DNA of 64,000 nucleotides from Octopus sinensis (Eukaryota), in NCBI RefSeq assembly GCF_006345805.1, contig NC_043000.1, positions 87,358,001 through 87,422,000 on the forward strand, read 5' to 3'. The first letter of the stretch is position 1. Each line of letters begins with the position of its first letter. The notes beneath the pieces were generated by a model, which saw only the letters and a program-made list of their open reading frames with translations, made no database searches and was not told the origin of the DNA. The translations under genes and the position numbers were made by a program. Below, piece after piece: positions 13,510-27,534 of the stretch.

Positions 13510-14740
13510 AGAAAGTTACATGTACCTCGGCATTGATGAAAGCATATGGAGGTATAGTGAATAAAGATATAATGACCTGAGAATATCATGCCAGAATTAG
13601 AAAAATATGGCAGTCGGAACTCACCTCTTACAGGACAGTATCCCACTATGCATTTGCAGCACCAGTGCAGATTCTAACATTTGGGATTCTTGACTGTTCT
13701 CTAGAAGAAATCCACTCTCTAGAGATATTGACTGGCTCTGCCTAAGAAGAGAAAAAGAGGTAGAGGCCTGAGATCAGTGCAGATAACTTTGAATGTCGTA
13801 TAGTGTAACTCAGACAGTAATTGCTAAGCAACAACAGCAAAAATAAATACATTAACTTAGTGCTGATAAGTGAAGAGAACAACATCTTACGTGTCAGCTG
13901 TGAGCTTCCCTCTTCCTGATGACCTCCCATTCAACCTTTAAACAACTAAATTAACATACCTAAACGAAGACCTGGATGTGAAACGCTTAGCCTTCCAGAT
14001 TATGCATGGGTATGTTTCCAGGAGACTTGACTATAACGGTAACATCGACATGAAGCGAAGCCTCTCTTGGACTCGTGGCCGCTATTTTACAACACACTTC
14101 GAGGCAATGCATCTGCAATCCAAGAGGAGAAGTTTGCAACGAAATACCCTAATAAGCAAAAAAGACAGTGAAAACCTTGGAACTTCAAGATGCAACTGAA
14201 AACGTAGATTATGTCATATTTCTGTGGAAGACATATCTGATCAGCATCAGCCCAAAGGTGTCATCAAGATACTACCTCCCTAGGCAACACGAAGTTGTAG
14301 CAGAAATAATATACAATGCCATTCGGAAAAAAACGATTGTCATGGAATAAACATAGATAACTTCCTTGTTATTGAACACGTACACAAACATCAACTCAAG
14401 GAAATCTGATGGATTATTCCCATCAGAAACATCTTTCAAGGGTAAACATAACAGGCCAGATATTGTTGTTTGAGACAAGTATGTACCATCATAGAGGTCA
14501 GCTGTCCTGCTCATGTGGATACCTCTTCGAAAATCAAAGAGAAATAGCATAACTATGTACAACTGCTTCGAAACTTCGAGATTGTAAATTCACATTTACA
14601 CCTATAATAATTGGTGCACTTGGTTTTGTGAGTAAATACCTAAGTGACAATTAGGAAAAGCTAGGTTTCTCGAACATTGAAAATCAAATCTGTAAGTAGA
14701 ACAGTAAAAATATGCAAGACTTTTCTCAAGTTTAAAGTTT
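13510..14740 (+). mobile_element. Decayed R4/Dong-like non-LTR retrotransposon 3' part (RT thumb, CCHC, restriction-like endonuclease)
   Basis: Fragments SSRYYLPRQHEVVAEIIYNAIRKK and KHNRPDIVV..IEVSCPAHVD; homologous to ORF 39982-40920. Confidence 0.8.
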
Positions 14741-14893
14741 GACATTGTTTTTATTATCTACATACCAACGAAGGAGTTTTGTATCTTTGTTAGAAACCAG
14801 CTTCTTCCTCAGAGGAAGAATTTAGATAACTAAAAGAATACAACATACATACGTATTTATAAATTTATATAGTTAAATAGATTTTGATACACG

Positions 14894-14921
<28 letters not shown>

Positions 14922-14925
<4 letters not shown>

Positions 14926-15217
14926 ACTCGCCCATCGAAGATAACGTATGAGCGTTCGGCTTTTGTCGAACGATCTGCACAAAGGATTTGTTTATAGTAA
15001 TCAAATGTATATGCTGCACATTAGCTCACACTCTTCATCAAATCGACTTTGTATGAACAGGTGTACTGTGTACCACACGTCAGATGCCGAAGTGATCGTA
15101 GAGCATCGTGAAATGAAGTGTCTTGCTCTATAACACAGCGCACTACCAAGTCTAGGAATTGAAACCATGATCTAGCGATCATCAGTGTAACTCCCTAACC
15201 ACTAAGCCATGCGTCCT
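14922..15217 (-). mobile_element. tRNA-derived SINE
   Basis: Minus-strand head GCATGGCTTAGTGGTTAGGGAG...GGTTTCAATTCCTAGAC (A and B boxes). Confidence 0.75.
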
Positions 15218-15448
15218 ATATATATATATATGTGTGTGTTTATGTATTTGTGTATGTGGATATATATATATATGTGTGTGTGGGTGTGTGTGTATACACA
15301 CACATGTGACTTTACTTCTAGTAACAGGCCTTAATGTAATAATGTATTTTAAAAATTTATATACTTAGTATTAATTTTTTTACCATAATTGGTTTTACAC
15401 ACTGGCTACTTCGTAAAATCTTATATAGATTTTATCCTTATATTAATT

Positions 15449-15498
<50 letters not shown>

Positions 15499-16539
15499 CA
15501 TATATACATATATATATATATGTACATATATATATATGTATATATATATATTGTGTATATATATATGTATATATATACATATATATATATATGTATATAT
15601 ATATTCTTATCCACCCACACACGTGTGTGCGTGTGTGCGCGCGTGTGTGCGCGTGTGTGCGCGTGTGTGCGCGCGTGTGCGTGTGTTTTGGTGTTTAATT
15701 AAACTCATAATAAATTATTGAAGATTACAAAAGAGGTTAGAAACAATATTATTGGTTTTTCCTTTGTCTGTAAATTACACGACAAGAGACTTAAAAATTT
15801 AATGATATTACTGCGTTCTAAAATTATATTCTGTCTTTTATTCCTGACGTATCGAGTTTGAGATTTTTTATCAAGATGGTGAGGAGTGTGATTTAGAAAA
15901 GATTTAGCAACTCTTTCACCTAGCAGACCAACCAGATACACGCTCATTCACTTTCAACTGTTGGGATTAGTGGTGGTATTGTTCTACAAACTAAAGCCAT
16001 TTTTGATTAAACTGTCATATGCTCAAAGGCATTCCAGCTATTGCTATCCATCATGCTGGTGACACTCCAAAACATTCACTCCTTTGTTTCCACTGAAGAG
16101 CGGCCGATTTCAAAACCTCCGCAAGTAAAAAGACTAACGCAGGTAAAAAGACGAAAGCTTGACTGATACTTTCACATATTGTGTAACAACTTCCTGTCGG
16201 GGCACAATTGAAGGAAGACAGATAATCATGGTCTGACAACATTCTTGCTAGAAAGACTACAACACCACCTTGCTATGCATAACAGAGAACAGATTCGAAA
16301 GTTGATGACTGACTGCAAAAACGTCCAGCGCGACACTCCAATGACTGGTTGCGCCAGTTAAGGAAACTTGGTGATGTATCTAAAACTCTCTTTTAAAATG
16401 CTAGGTTGTGATTTGAGGACAATTTTGCTGCATTTTCTATCACGTGAGCACTTAAATGCCAATTCACTCATTTTAGATATAGTGTAACTAGAACTATATT
16501 ATCTATTATTTTCTTCAGGAGATTTTGAAAAAGATTTTG

Positions 16540-16780
16540 TAATTATTTCTAGCAGGTTTAGAGACCACTAAAGGCTCCCGTGTTCGGATTTTTATTGTTT
16601 AAATCCAAATCAATACTGATTGTGAGACCATTCTTTTTCAGACAAAATGTGATCAATAACTGTTGCATTATCTGATACACCCTCATTCTTTTAAGAAATG
16701 GAGTATGACCTGCTGAAAATCTGCTTATTTCTAGCAAGTCTATCATCTACGTAGAGCTTCTTTCATCGTTGTTATTGTTT
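16540..16780 (-). mobile_element. Possible BEL/Pao LTR retrotransposon RT remnant
   Basis: Minus strand reads KKLYVDD..then NKQIFS..SDNATVIDHILSE, similar to BEL/Pao FYVDD...KIF...SN...V.EHI; very decayed. Confidence 0.3.
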
Positions 16781-17172
16781 AGCTCCTGCTCAGTTCGGGT
16801 GGAGAAGTACTATCGTGAAAGATATTCTATTGTAACCAACTATTTGAAGGAATTCACGGCCACATTTTACAAGAGAACATGAAGAGGCTTGTTTGGTTTT
16901 TGATTGTGGAGCTGGGAAATTCTTGAGGGTGTTGTTGACTCATGATCGAAATATCCCTTCACTTGACTGGGAAAGTGAATGCTGATTGAGTGTTCGGCTG
17001 GGAAAAGACCTACTGGGAAAATGCGACTTGTCACCTATATGTATGTAAACACATAGACACACACATGTATGTGTGTGTGTATGTATGTACGTATGTATGT
17101 ATGTATGTATGTATGTATGTATGTATGTATGTATGTATGTATGTATGTATGTATGTGGTGCATGAATATATG

Positions 17173-17206
<34 letters not shown>

Positions 17207-17213
17207 CGTGCGA

Positions 17214-17245
<32 letters not shown>

Positions 17246-18099
17246 CTGTGTGTGAGTGTGTGTGCGTGCATATTCGTGTGAAAGTGTGTATAAACGTTAA
17301 ATTAAAGATTTTAATTTAAAACGATTCAATAGTGAGATCAGAGTCAAATTTATAAAATTCGTGCTGAAATTCTCAGACAACTCGATTACAAACACACACA
17401 CACACACACACTCTGCAAGATCAGAAGTTCTGGGCGATACCGAGATGCCGAATACTTGTAATATGTTGTTACAGTTATATCAAGTTGTTTGCGTGTCTTA
17501 GTTTATGTTTTAATGCTTTTCTTTTGTAATTATATTTGCATATACCGTTTTATTGTCATATTTAAAGTCGAACTGCTTCAGCTTTCTATGACGTGTTAAG
17601 CTTTTTAGGCAGTGTACAACGATAATTTCAATATTGTAACTGAAGAAAATGTTATCTTTGTCTCTACTTTATACATATTTTCTTATACTACTTCATAAAG
17701 TGACATGTAACTCATAAGACAGAAGTTATTCTAACAGAAATTTGTCTTATTCATTAAGAGCTCTAGCGTTGACAGCGTTTCTTGTTCTGCATTTTGGTTG
17801 TCTGATGAAAACATGTCTGCTAGCACAAAACGTGATAATGCAACCTAGAGCTTACCTAGAGGGAAATATTAATTCGACAGATCAACTCCAGTGATTCTGA
17901 AGTAATATATAATATCCCCGAGACATAGAAAAAAATCTGTTTAACTTTAGCATTTTAATAACATCGATGTTTCAAATATATATATGTGCATATGTCTGAC
18001 TGTCTGTCTTGTGCATGCATGCATGCATGTATGTATGTATGTATGTATGTATGTATGTATGTATGTATGTATGTATGTATATGTATGTATGTATGTTAG

Positions 18100-18485
18100 T
18101 GTCAGATCACTTTTGAGTGCTACTGGTAACATGTAACCCAGTACAACCTGTTGCATGGTCGGGTCGTCGGCGACTAAACCGGCAACCCCACCAAGCTTGC
18201 TTGGTGAGGAGGGTGTTTATTGGACGCCCTGCGGGATGAAAAACAAAACCCGTCAAAGGGCGGAGGAACTCTTGAGAGTCAACGGCCATCCAATAAATGT
18301 CTTAAGGCTGGATCATGCGCGGGGACATAGAAATAATCGGACTGAATACCCGATCGCACAGTTAAACCATTGGGAGTGAATGACTCCTAGCCTTTGTTAG
18401 GGCATCCTTCTAGGAGAAGGTAACTCAGGTAACTGGGATAACTCCGATATAAAACCTGCGACTCAGTGGTTACCGATGATGTTGA
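18100..18485 (+). mobile_element. Probable RTE-clade LINE 5' UTR fragment
   Basis: GGGCATCCTTCTAGGAGAAGGTAACTC...TAAAACC resembles RTE 5' UTR ends; GC-rich and structured. No ORF follows. Confidence 0.4.
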
Positions 18486-18942
18486 CTTGTTCTTCTTTTC
18501 GGATTATGGCTGCTGTTGCTTAGTGAGTGGGGTTGACTCAGTGCACAGCCTTTCCCCACTTTAAAAAAATCTTCTTGCACAGGCATTGCACGATAACAAC
18601 ATTGATTAAGTTTCGTGCAATGGCCATACTCGATAACGAGGGGGCAGCCACCATGTATGTATGTATGTATGTATGTATGTATGTATGTATGTATGTATGT
18701 ATGTATGTATGTATGTATGTATGTATATATTATGTATGTATGTATGTATGTATGTATGTATGTATGTATGTATGTATGTGTGTATGTATGTGTGTGTATG
18801 TATGTATGTATCAACGTATGTAATTACAAATTTCTTAATAGCTCATCGTAGGTATTCTCTTTTTCACTGATCTTCAGCTTTATGTTAACATCCGCTGGGC
18901 ACGTATGTATGTATGTATAAATTGATGAGACGTGTGTATATA

Positions 18943-18988
<46 letters not shown>

Positions 18989-19083
18989 AAGTTAATCCAA
19001 ACATGAAAACACAAAGAGAAACACACACAACGCGAGGACGTGAAACAAGTATAGTATTATTGGACGCTCAGGAAAGAAGGAGG

Positions 19084-19121
19084 CTTTAACGTTTCGAGCG
19101 GAGCTCTTCGTCAGAAACATA
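19084..19121 (-). ncRNA. Minimal type I HHR (intact core) in inverted pLTR; copies at 20404-20445 (+), 25876-25915 (+), 58812-58850 (-), decayed at about 46258-46295 (-)
   Basis: Minus strand: TGTTT-CTGACGA-A-GAGC-TCC-GCTC-GAAA-CG-TT-AAAG. The plus copies have core changes (CCGACGA, TCGACGA) and 58.8 kb has GACA for GAAA. Confidence 0.7.
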
Positions 19122-20849
19122 GGAAAAGGAAAGATCCAAAGAAGGGAAGACGGAAGAAAGAAATCGCCAACAGTACACACGTGGTCACATTTTGAATATA
19201 TATATATATATATATGCACACACACGCACGTACACATACATACACACACACACACATACATACACCCATACACATACATGGATCCTACACACACAGACAT
19301 ACACACTCACACATACATACACACACACACACTCACTCACACACCTGCATGTACGCGCACACACATGCACCTACACACACTTCCACACACACACACGGAC
19401 ATACATCTATATACACACATATACACACACATACTTACATACATTCATCGGACACACTGACACCCAGACTTACACACAGACACACTCACACATCCACACA
19501 CATACATACTTACACACACACTCGCAGGCGCGCGCACATACACGCTTGTGTACGTTCGCGCACGCATACACGCATGCATGCACCACGCTCGTGGTTGACC
19601 GCATAGATCTCATGTACGTATCTGGGGCCGGCGCGTGTCTTTGGGTTCTCCCACGCCTGTCGCCGCGGGACCACTCTTCCATCTTCCACTCCCCCCGCCC
19701 CACCGCTGCAGTTTTTTTTCCTTCAACCCCCCTCTTTGTACACACACGCACACACATACACCCACCCACTCACACACACACATTTGCATATATATATACA
19801 TTACACTTACACACACTTCAAATTTACTTGCTATACACACAACTACGCACACTGGACACACTACGACTCTACACACACACTGGCACGTTACATACGCCCC
19901 CACCCTTTCCCTCCTTCCCTTCTTCCCTCCTTCCTTCCTTTTTTACCACTGACCACTCACTCGTGACTTGCTATGTCATCCGTTCGCCCTGCACGCACTA
20001 ACATATACATATTTTTTGTTTTTTTATCTCGCCTCACACACACATACACACACGCACACGCACACACTCACACATACATACACACGCACACACACATACC
20101 TCCCTGTTTCTGATCTGCCTTTCTGACTTGCTAGGGTACCCCCACACACTCCTTTAATTCTACTACTGCCTGCTACTAGCCACTGTCCACCATACACACA
20201 CATACACACACACGCACACACTCACACACACACCCTCGTTTTCTCGCACACCTTTTTTACCATTCCCTCTTTGATTCAGCTCTCCTGTTTTTAAAAAACA
20301 TTTTCCTCCTTTTTTACCACTTCCGTCTTTTCAGTATGTGACCTCGTGAAGACTACCTGCAATTTTTTTTTCCTGTCCTCCCGTCTCGGGATCTTTTTCT
20401 TCTCCTATGTTTCCGACGAAGAGCTCCGCTCGAAACGTCATACCCTCCTTCTTCCATTTTCCTGAGCGCCTAATAATAATAATACTGTATTGTTCCACGT
20501 GTTGTTGTTTTTTCTGTTTTTCCCGTTGGATTAACCTTATACCCCTGCGCGCCTACACGGACCCCTTGTACCTTGGATACCAATTCCCGGATTTTTGCAC
20601 CTAAGGATTACTTTTACCATTCTTCCGGACCCACGGTACTGCTACCTTTCTTCCGGAGTACTGCCACTATCGTGATTGAAAATCATTATTTAATCTGTCC
20701 GTTGACTCTCAAAACATCTTTCCTACTTTTTTCAACTTTTTTCAATTGTTTTCAAACTGTCTTCACCTTTTTCTTCTTTTTATTATTCCTTTTGTCTCTC
20801 CTTTTTCTGTATTGTCACCACCCACATTTACCTGTTTGCCACCAACTCT

Positions 20850-23615
20850 CATCATGCCTGACTTGCACTCGTTCGTCCAACACCTTCAATCCCTCCTTAG
20901 CCGCTATCTCGCGTTCTACCCCCACATGTTCCGCACCTGCTAAAAAACTTTCCCGCTTGCTTTTAAGAAAACTCGCCATTCCAGCCCATCTCTCCTTCCT
21001 CAGCCGTTGCCTCCGCCATCATGTCACACCCCGCGGTTTCCTCCTGAAGTTCCCCCTTCATCGAACCCACCCTCGCTCGTACCTCCCGCTCCTCCTCCGC
21101 GCCACCATCCGCTCCACCCGCCCCCTCCTTGACTCCATCGACCATCAACTTCCCCAGGCCTACCTCCTTCTCTCCGCTCTGCCCTCCACTCTTCACCCAA
21201 CTATCCTCCGCTTCATTCTTAATCTCAACCACCAACTCCACAACTTCCTCACACACACAAAAACAAAAAACTCCTCAACCCCTCACCCCCTTCCCCATCC
21301 TCCCCCACTGCTCCACCAACCCCCTCCTTCGCACCTCCCCACCTCCCCCTTCCACGGACCGACACCGTGACCTCCTACGCTAACCATCTTCACCCAACCA
21401 CCCCTACCCTCCCCTTCACACCCATGCACCCCCTCTGCCTGACCCTAGTCCTCCCACCACCCCGCTTCCTCGCGCTGTTGTCACTTACCCCCCAACCTCC
21501 CCTCTCCGCCGCCGAGCGCTCTCTCCCCAGTAAGGGTCTCCGCTTCACGCCACTCACGCCCCACTGTGATGAGTTCGAGACTCGGGCTGACGTCAACCTG
21601 TTCCTGCGCCGCCTCAAACTTTGCGCATTCTACCACGCGTCCCCGCAGCGTCACAACAATCAGGATTGCCTTTTGGAGCTGGGGCGTCGTCCATCCAACT
21701 GGACGCCGCCCCCAGGCCTATTCAGTAGCCTAGATTCGTTTGTACATGACTGCAACGCGTTGGTCCACCGGTTCAACTTTGAACCAAGACCCCGCCGAGC
21801 CAACCTCACTTGGGCCGAATCCATTGCCCTTCGCCACCTCCGCCGCCGTAATGACATCGTCATCAAACCGGCGGACAAAGGCGGGGCAGTGGTAGTGTGG
21901 CGCGCGGACCTATACAGGGAGGAAGCGCTCAGCCAGCTTCAAAATCCCCTCTTCTATCGCCTCCTCCCCATCGATCCCACCTCCTCCTACCAACAGCGAG
22001 TGTCCTCCACCATCCGCGACCTCATCTCCTCCTCTGCTCTCCCCCCACCGCCACCAACCTCATCGTCCGCACACCCCGCACCTCCACAATCTACTTCCTT
22101 CCCAAGATCCATAAACCCTCTAATCCTGGCCGTCCCATAGTCTCTGCCTGTAATTGCCCCACTGAATACATTTCCCTATACCTCGACCGCATCCTGTCCC
22201 CCTTAGTCGCAGCCCTCCCATCCCATATACACGACACCAACCACGCCCTCCGTCTCTTCAATTCCTTTTCCTTCCCTTCCAGCCCCTCAACCTCCTCTTC
22301 ACATTAGATGTAAAATCCCTGTACACAGTGATTCCCCACAATGACGGTCTCATAGCCCTCCAACACTTCCCGACCCCACCCCTAGCCCCCCCACCCTTCT
22401 CCGCTTGGCTGAGCTCGTCCTCACCCTCAACCGCTTCACGTTCGCCGGGGAAACGTACCAACAGGAGTCCGGGGTCGCGATGGGAACTAGGATGGGCCCC
22501 AATTTCGCCAATCTCTTTCTTGGCTACATTGAGGCCCAAGTATTCTCCCAGTTCTCTGGGCCGACCCCCGAACTATACGGTCGCTATATAGACGACTGCA
22601 TAGGTACCACCTCCCTTTCCCGTGAACTTCTCTGCAAATTCATCTCTTTCCTTTCCAACTTTCATCCCTCTCTTCAATTCACCTCCACCATCTCCAACAC
22701 CTCTGTCAACTTCCTTGACATCTCTCCGAAATCACCACCCCTCCAACTCTCTCACAACCACCGCCTTCTTTAAACCTACAGACTCCCACCTCTATCTCAA
22801 CTTCTCCTCCTCCCACCCCTTCCACACCAAACGAGCCATCCCCTACTCCCAGTTCCTCCGCCTCCGACCTTGTGGCAGCCGCGACCAGGATTTCGAGACC
22901 CAATCTCAATACCTGGCCCGCCTGTTCAGACTCCGAGGGTACCCACCTATACTCATCTCTAATGCCCTCACCCGCGCCCGTCGCATCGACCGCACCACCG
23001 CCGTGCTCCTCCCCCCCAACCGCACCCCTTCCCCCTCCTTTTCCCCCTCTACCCTACCCCTTCGTCGCAAGATACTACGTGCTTCCGTCGCCTCCAGCTT
23101 GATCCCACACCCGCCCCATTTTCCCTAACCCACCCCTGTCCTCCTTCAACGAGCCCGTAATCTACGTGACCTCCTGGTCCACAGCACCCCTCTCTCTCCT
23201 CCCCCAGCCCCACACGGATCATTCCCTTGCTCTAGATCCGCTGCAACACTGCCCCTTCATCACCAACACCACTGCTGTCACTGGCTCCAACCGGCGAACT
23301 GTACGTATTAGGCACTCCTTTACGTGCACCTCGTCTGGCCTCATTTACTGCATTAAATGCAACCTATGCGGGATGCTGTATGTAGGACAGAAGGGACGCC
23401 GGTTGTCCGACCGATTCAGAACAGAACATTTTGAGGGGACGTTCGCCTAACTTCTTTTTCTCCCGTCGCACGCCACTTCCGCTCGGCCAGCCATTCCGTA
23501 GATGACATCTCAGTGTTTGGTCTCGCCCCCACAATGGTCGTCCACTTTCTAGGCTCCACTTGGAGCAACGCTACATCTTCACCCTACAAACCACTAACCC
23601 ACACGGACTTAACAC
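20850..23615 (+). pseudogene. PLE RT/GIY-YIG polyprotein with many frameshifts
   Basis: HLSFLSRCLRHHVTPRGF; IVIKPADKGGAVVVW; IYFLPKIHKPSNPGRPIVS; LDVKSLYT; GVAMGTRMGPNFANLF; GRYIDD; KPTDSHLYL; FTCTSSGLIYCIKCNLCGMLYVGQ. Confidence 0.93.
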
Positions 23616-24832
23616 AGCCCCCTCCTAAGGTTTTTTTCCCGGATAAACACCCCCCCACACACACACCTACCTACATCCCACACGCCTGTTCACACACACA
23701 CATACGGATACACATCTACGTACACACATTTAATCACACATACTTATAGACATACATGCACACACATAACAACAAACCAACATGCACATACATACACACA
23801 TACATACATACACACAGACATACATACTTACACACACACACATACATACATACATACATACATCACAAATACATACGCACTACATACACAAACACACACA
23901 TCGCACATACATACTTCACACACCTATACTTACATACTCAACACACACATGCACACATACATGTACGCACACACACATACATACACACATACCCACACAT
24001 GCACACCTTTACACGAATGCACACACACATACACCTATTTGCACCCAGGCAACCCCCCCTCTTTTCTGCTTTCTGGTTTTGGTTGATGGATCCTCGGTTC
24101 CCGTGGAGCGGGTTGTTCGGGGGCCCCCGCGCGCGCACGCCTTGGCGCGTGCTGGGGGTTGGTCGGCCCCATGGGCTTCCGTTGTATTGTTTGTGTTGTG
24201 TGTGTGAGCGTGCTTCGTGTGTGTGGGCGTGCTTCGGGTGTGTGCGTGCGTATGTATACATACATACCCACACACACGCATGCATCCCTACCCACATACA
24301 TACACGCACACCTACTCACACACACACTTACACACACATACACACACACACATACTCGCACACACACACACATATACATACATACACACACATACCTACT
24401 TCAGACATACACACACATAGACATACACCCATACACTCACACTCACGCGCATACACACACATACACACGCACACGCACACATACACACACACACACACCT
24501 ACATACACACACATGCATACACACACACACATGTACGCACATACACACACATATACGCACATACATATATACCTACACACATGCACACACACACACACGC
24601 ACATGCATACGCATACATGCATACATGCATACACACACACACACGCACGTACACATACATACACACACACACACATACATACACCCATACACATACATGC
24701 ATCCTACACACACAGACATACACACTCACACATACATACACAAACACACACTCACTCACACACCTGCATGTACGCGCACACACATGCACCTACACACACT
24801 TCCACACACACACACGTACATACATACACACT

Positions 24833-24867
<35 letters not shown>

Positions 24868-26012
24868 GGACATATATCTATATACACACATATACACACA
24901 CATACTTACATACATTCATCGGACACACTGACACCCAGACTTACACACAGACACACTCACACATCCACACACATACATACTTACACACACACTCGCAGGC
25001 GCGCGCACATACACGCTTGTGTACGTTCGCGCACGCATACACGCATGCATGCACCACGCTCGTGGTTGACCGCATAGATCTCCTGTACGTATCTGGGGCC
25101 GCGCGCGTGTCTTTGGGTTCTCCCACGCCTGTCGCCGCGGGGACCACTCTTCCATCTTCCACTCCCCCCGCCCCCCCGCTGCAGTTTTTTTCCTTCAACC
25201 CCCCTCTTTGTACACACACGCACACACATACACACAGCCACTCAACACACACACATTTGCATATATATATACATTACACTTACACACACTTCAAATTACT
25301 TGCTATACACACAACTACGCACATGGACACACTAGACTCTCTACACACACACTGGCACGTTACATACGCCCCCACCCTTTCCCTCCTTCCTTCTTCCCTC
25401 CTTCCTCCCATTTTACCACTGACCACTCACTCGTGAATTGCTATGTCATCCGTTCGCCCTGCACGCACTAACATATACATATTTTTTGTTTTTTTTTTTT
25501 TATCTACTCACACACACATACACACACGCACACGCACACACTCACACATACATACACACGCACACACACATACCTCCCTGTTTCTGATCTGCCTTTCTGA
25601 CTTGCTAGGGTACCCCACACATCCTTTAATTCTACTACTGCCTGCTACTAGCCCCTGTCCACCATACACCATACACACACACACAACACACTCACAACAC
25701 ACACCCTCATTTTCTCGCACACCTTTTTTACCATTCCCTCTTTGATTCAGCTCTTCTGTTTTTAAAAAACATTTTCCTCCTTTTTTACCACTTCCGTCTT
25801 TTCAGTATGTGACCTCGTGAAGACTACCTGCAATTTTTTTTCCTCTGTCCTCCCGTCTCGGGATCTTTCTTTCTCCTATGTTTTCGACGAAGAGCTCCGC
25901 TCGAAACGTCATACCCTCCTTCTTCCATTTTCCTGAGCGCCTAATAATAATAATACTGTAATTGTTCCACGTGTTGTTGTTTTTTCTGTTTTCCCGTTTG
26001 GATTAACCTTAT

Positions 26013-26972
26013 AAGAGTAACCGAGTTAGTAAATGTTTTTAACTTCATTTCACTAAATTTATCTAGCTTCTGTGTTCCTAGCACATATTTCGCCTTAATG
26101 TACTGATATATGAAAAATATACGGCTTGTGCTAGAAATACCAGCGATAATAATTATTTTTATTTTATCGCAATTTGATTTGTTTACATATTCTCGATAAA
26201 TTTGAGCGCTAGACGACGATATACCAGAAATCCCTAGTTTTTGTCGGGACGTTCGGAGTCTGCGCAGTGAATCTAATTAGTTAGAGAGAGTAAATCATTA
26301 GAAGCACATGCTTCTAGTGAGTTAGGATCTCAGAACAACAGGGCTCTTACCGATGAATTCTCCCTGAGCAAATAAATATCTTTATTGCTGAAAAAGAAAG
26401 AAACTGCAGTCTAAGAGTAACCGAGTTAGTAAATGTGTTTATCTTAATTCACTAAATTTATCTAGCTTCTGGTTCCTAGCACATATTTCGCCTAAATGTA
26501 CTGATATATGAAAATATATGGCTCTGTGCTAGAAATACCAGCGATAATAATTATTTTTATTTTATCGCAATTTGATTTGTTTACATATTTCTCGATACAT
26601 TTTGAGCGCTAGACGATATACAAGAAATCCCTTGTTTGTCGGGACGTTCGGAGTCTGCGCAGTGATCTGATAGTTAGAGAGAGTAATCATTAGAAGCACA
26701 TGCTTCTAGTGAGTTAGGATCTCAGAACAACAGGGCTCTTACCGATGAATATCCCTGAGCAAATAAAATTATCGTTATTGATGAAAAGAAAGAAACTGCA
26801 GTCTAAGAGTAACCGAGTTAGTAAATGTTTTTTTCTTCAGTCCCACTAAATTTATCTAGCTTCTTGTTCCTAGCACATATTTCGCCTTAATGTACTGATA
26901 TATGAAAAATATATGGCTTGTGCTAGAAATTACCAGCGATAATAATAATTATTTTTATTTTATCGCAATTGA
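26013..26972. repeat. About 400-bp tandem repeat, about 2.4 units (starts 26013, 26413, 26804)
   Basis: Each unit starts AAGAGTAACCGAGTTAGTAAATG; units differ mainly by 1-2 nt indels. Confidence 0.92.
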
Positions 26973-27369
26973 TGTATATATATATATATATATAGTAAAT
27001 TAATCCATGGATGGAATTTATAAATAACAAATGTATAAGTGAAGAATTTCTGTTAGAATGACTTCAGACTTTTGAGTCTGTAGTAGTACAAGAAAAAATA
27101 TATAAATATATACAGAGAGAGACAAAGATAACATTTTCTTTAGTTATAATATTGAAATTTTCATTGTACATAGACGTCTGATATCACTACACACGCCCCT
27201 CTGTCCTTTATCATTACCACTCATTTCTCTCTTTCTATCATCTTCTGCTTCTCCCTTCTACTCCTTGAACTCTGAACGCAGGCACAGTACGCTAAAACGT
27301 TCTCGCTTACTTCCAATGTTTATAGCAGTGCCTGGCAGTAAAGGGTGTAGAGTGTGGTCGTATCAATAA

Positions 27370-27510
27370 GAAGATCGGGTTTCAGCTGCGTAAGATCTCC
27401 TTGACTGTGCCGAGGAAGACGAAAACGTTTTGCAAATAGGCATAACAAGTAACCAATCGTGGGTATATGACTATAACATCGAAACCAAAGCAAAAGTCAA
27501 ATCCCATTTG
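27370..27510 (+). mobile_element. Mariner transposase fragment
   Basis: DLLDCAEEDENVLQIGITSNQSWVYDYNIETKAK, resembling mariner ...FLKRIITGDETWVYGYDPETK. Confidence 0.6.
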
Positions 27511-27534
27511 AAAGGAACCGGATATATGTATACA

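Larger units (their letters stand above)
18988..26011 (+). mobile_element. Near-complete Neptune-type PLE: inverted pLTR tail (18988-19190), 5' pLTR (about 19217-20553), ORF, 3' pLTR (about 24638-26011)
   Basis: Direct repeats of about 1.35 kb both end TTAACCTTATA; there is an inverted partial copy upstream; RT and EN motifs lie between the repeats. Confidence 0.92.

Noticed and set aside
16093-16170. CTGAAGA-GCGG...CCGC possible HHR at a putative PLE 3' end
   Set aside because: No GAAA directly after the stem and no convincing stem III; upstream PLE homology is too decayed to call.
26013-26972. CRISPR-like or rDNA/snRNA array interpretation of the tandem repeat
   Set aside because: No repeat-spacer alternation and no recognisable RNA gene; eukaryotic context.
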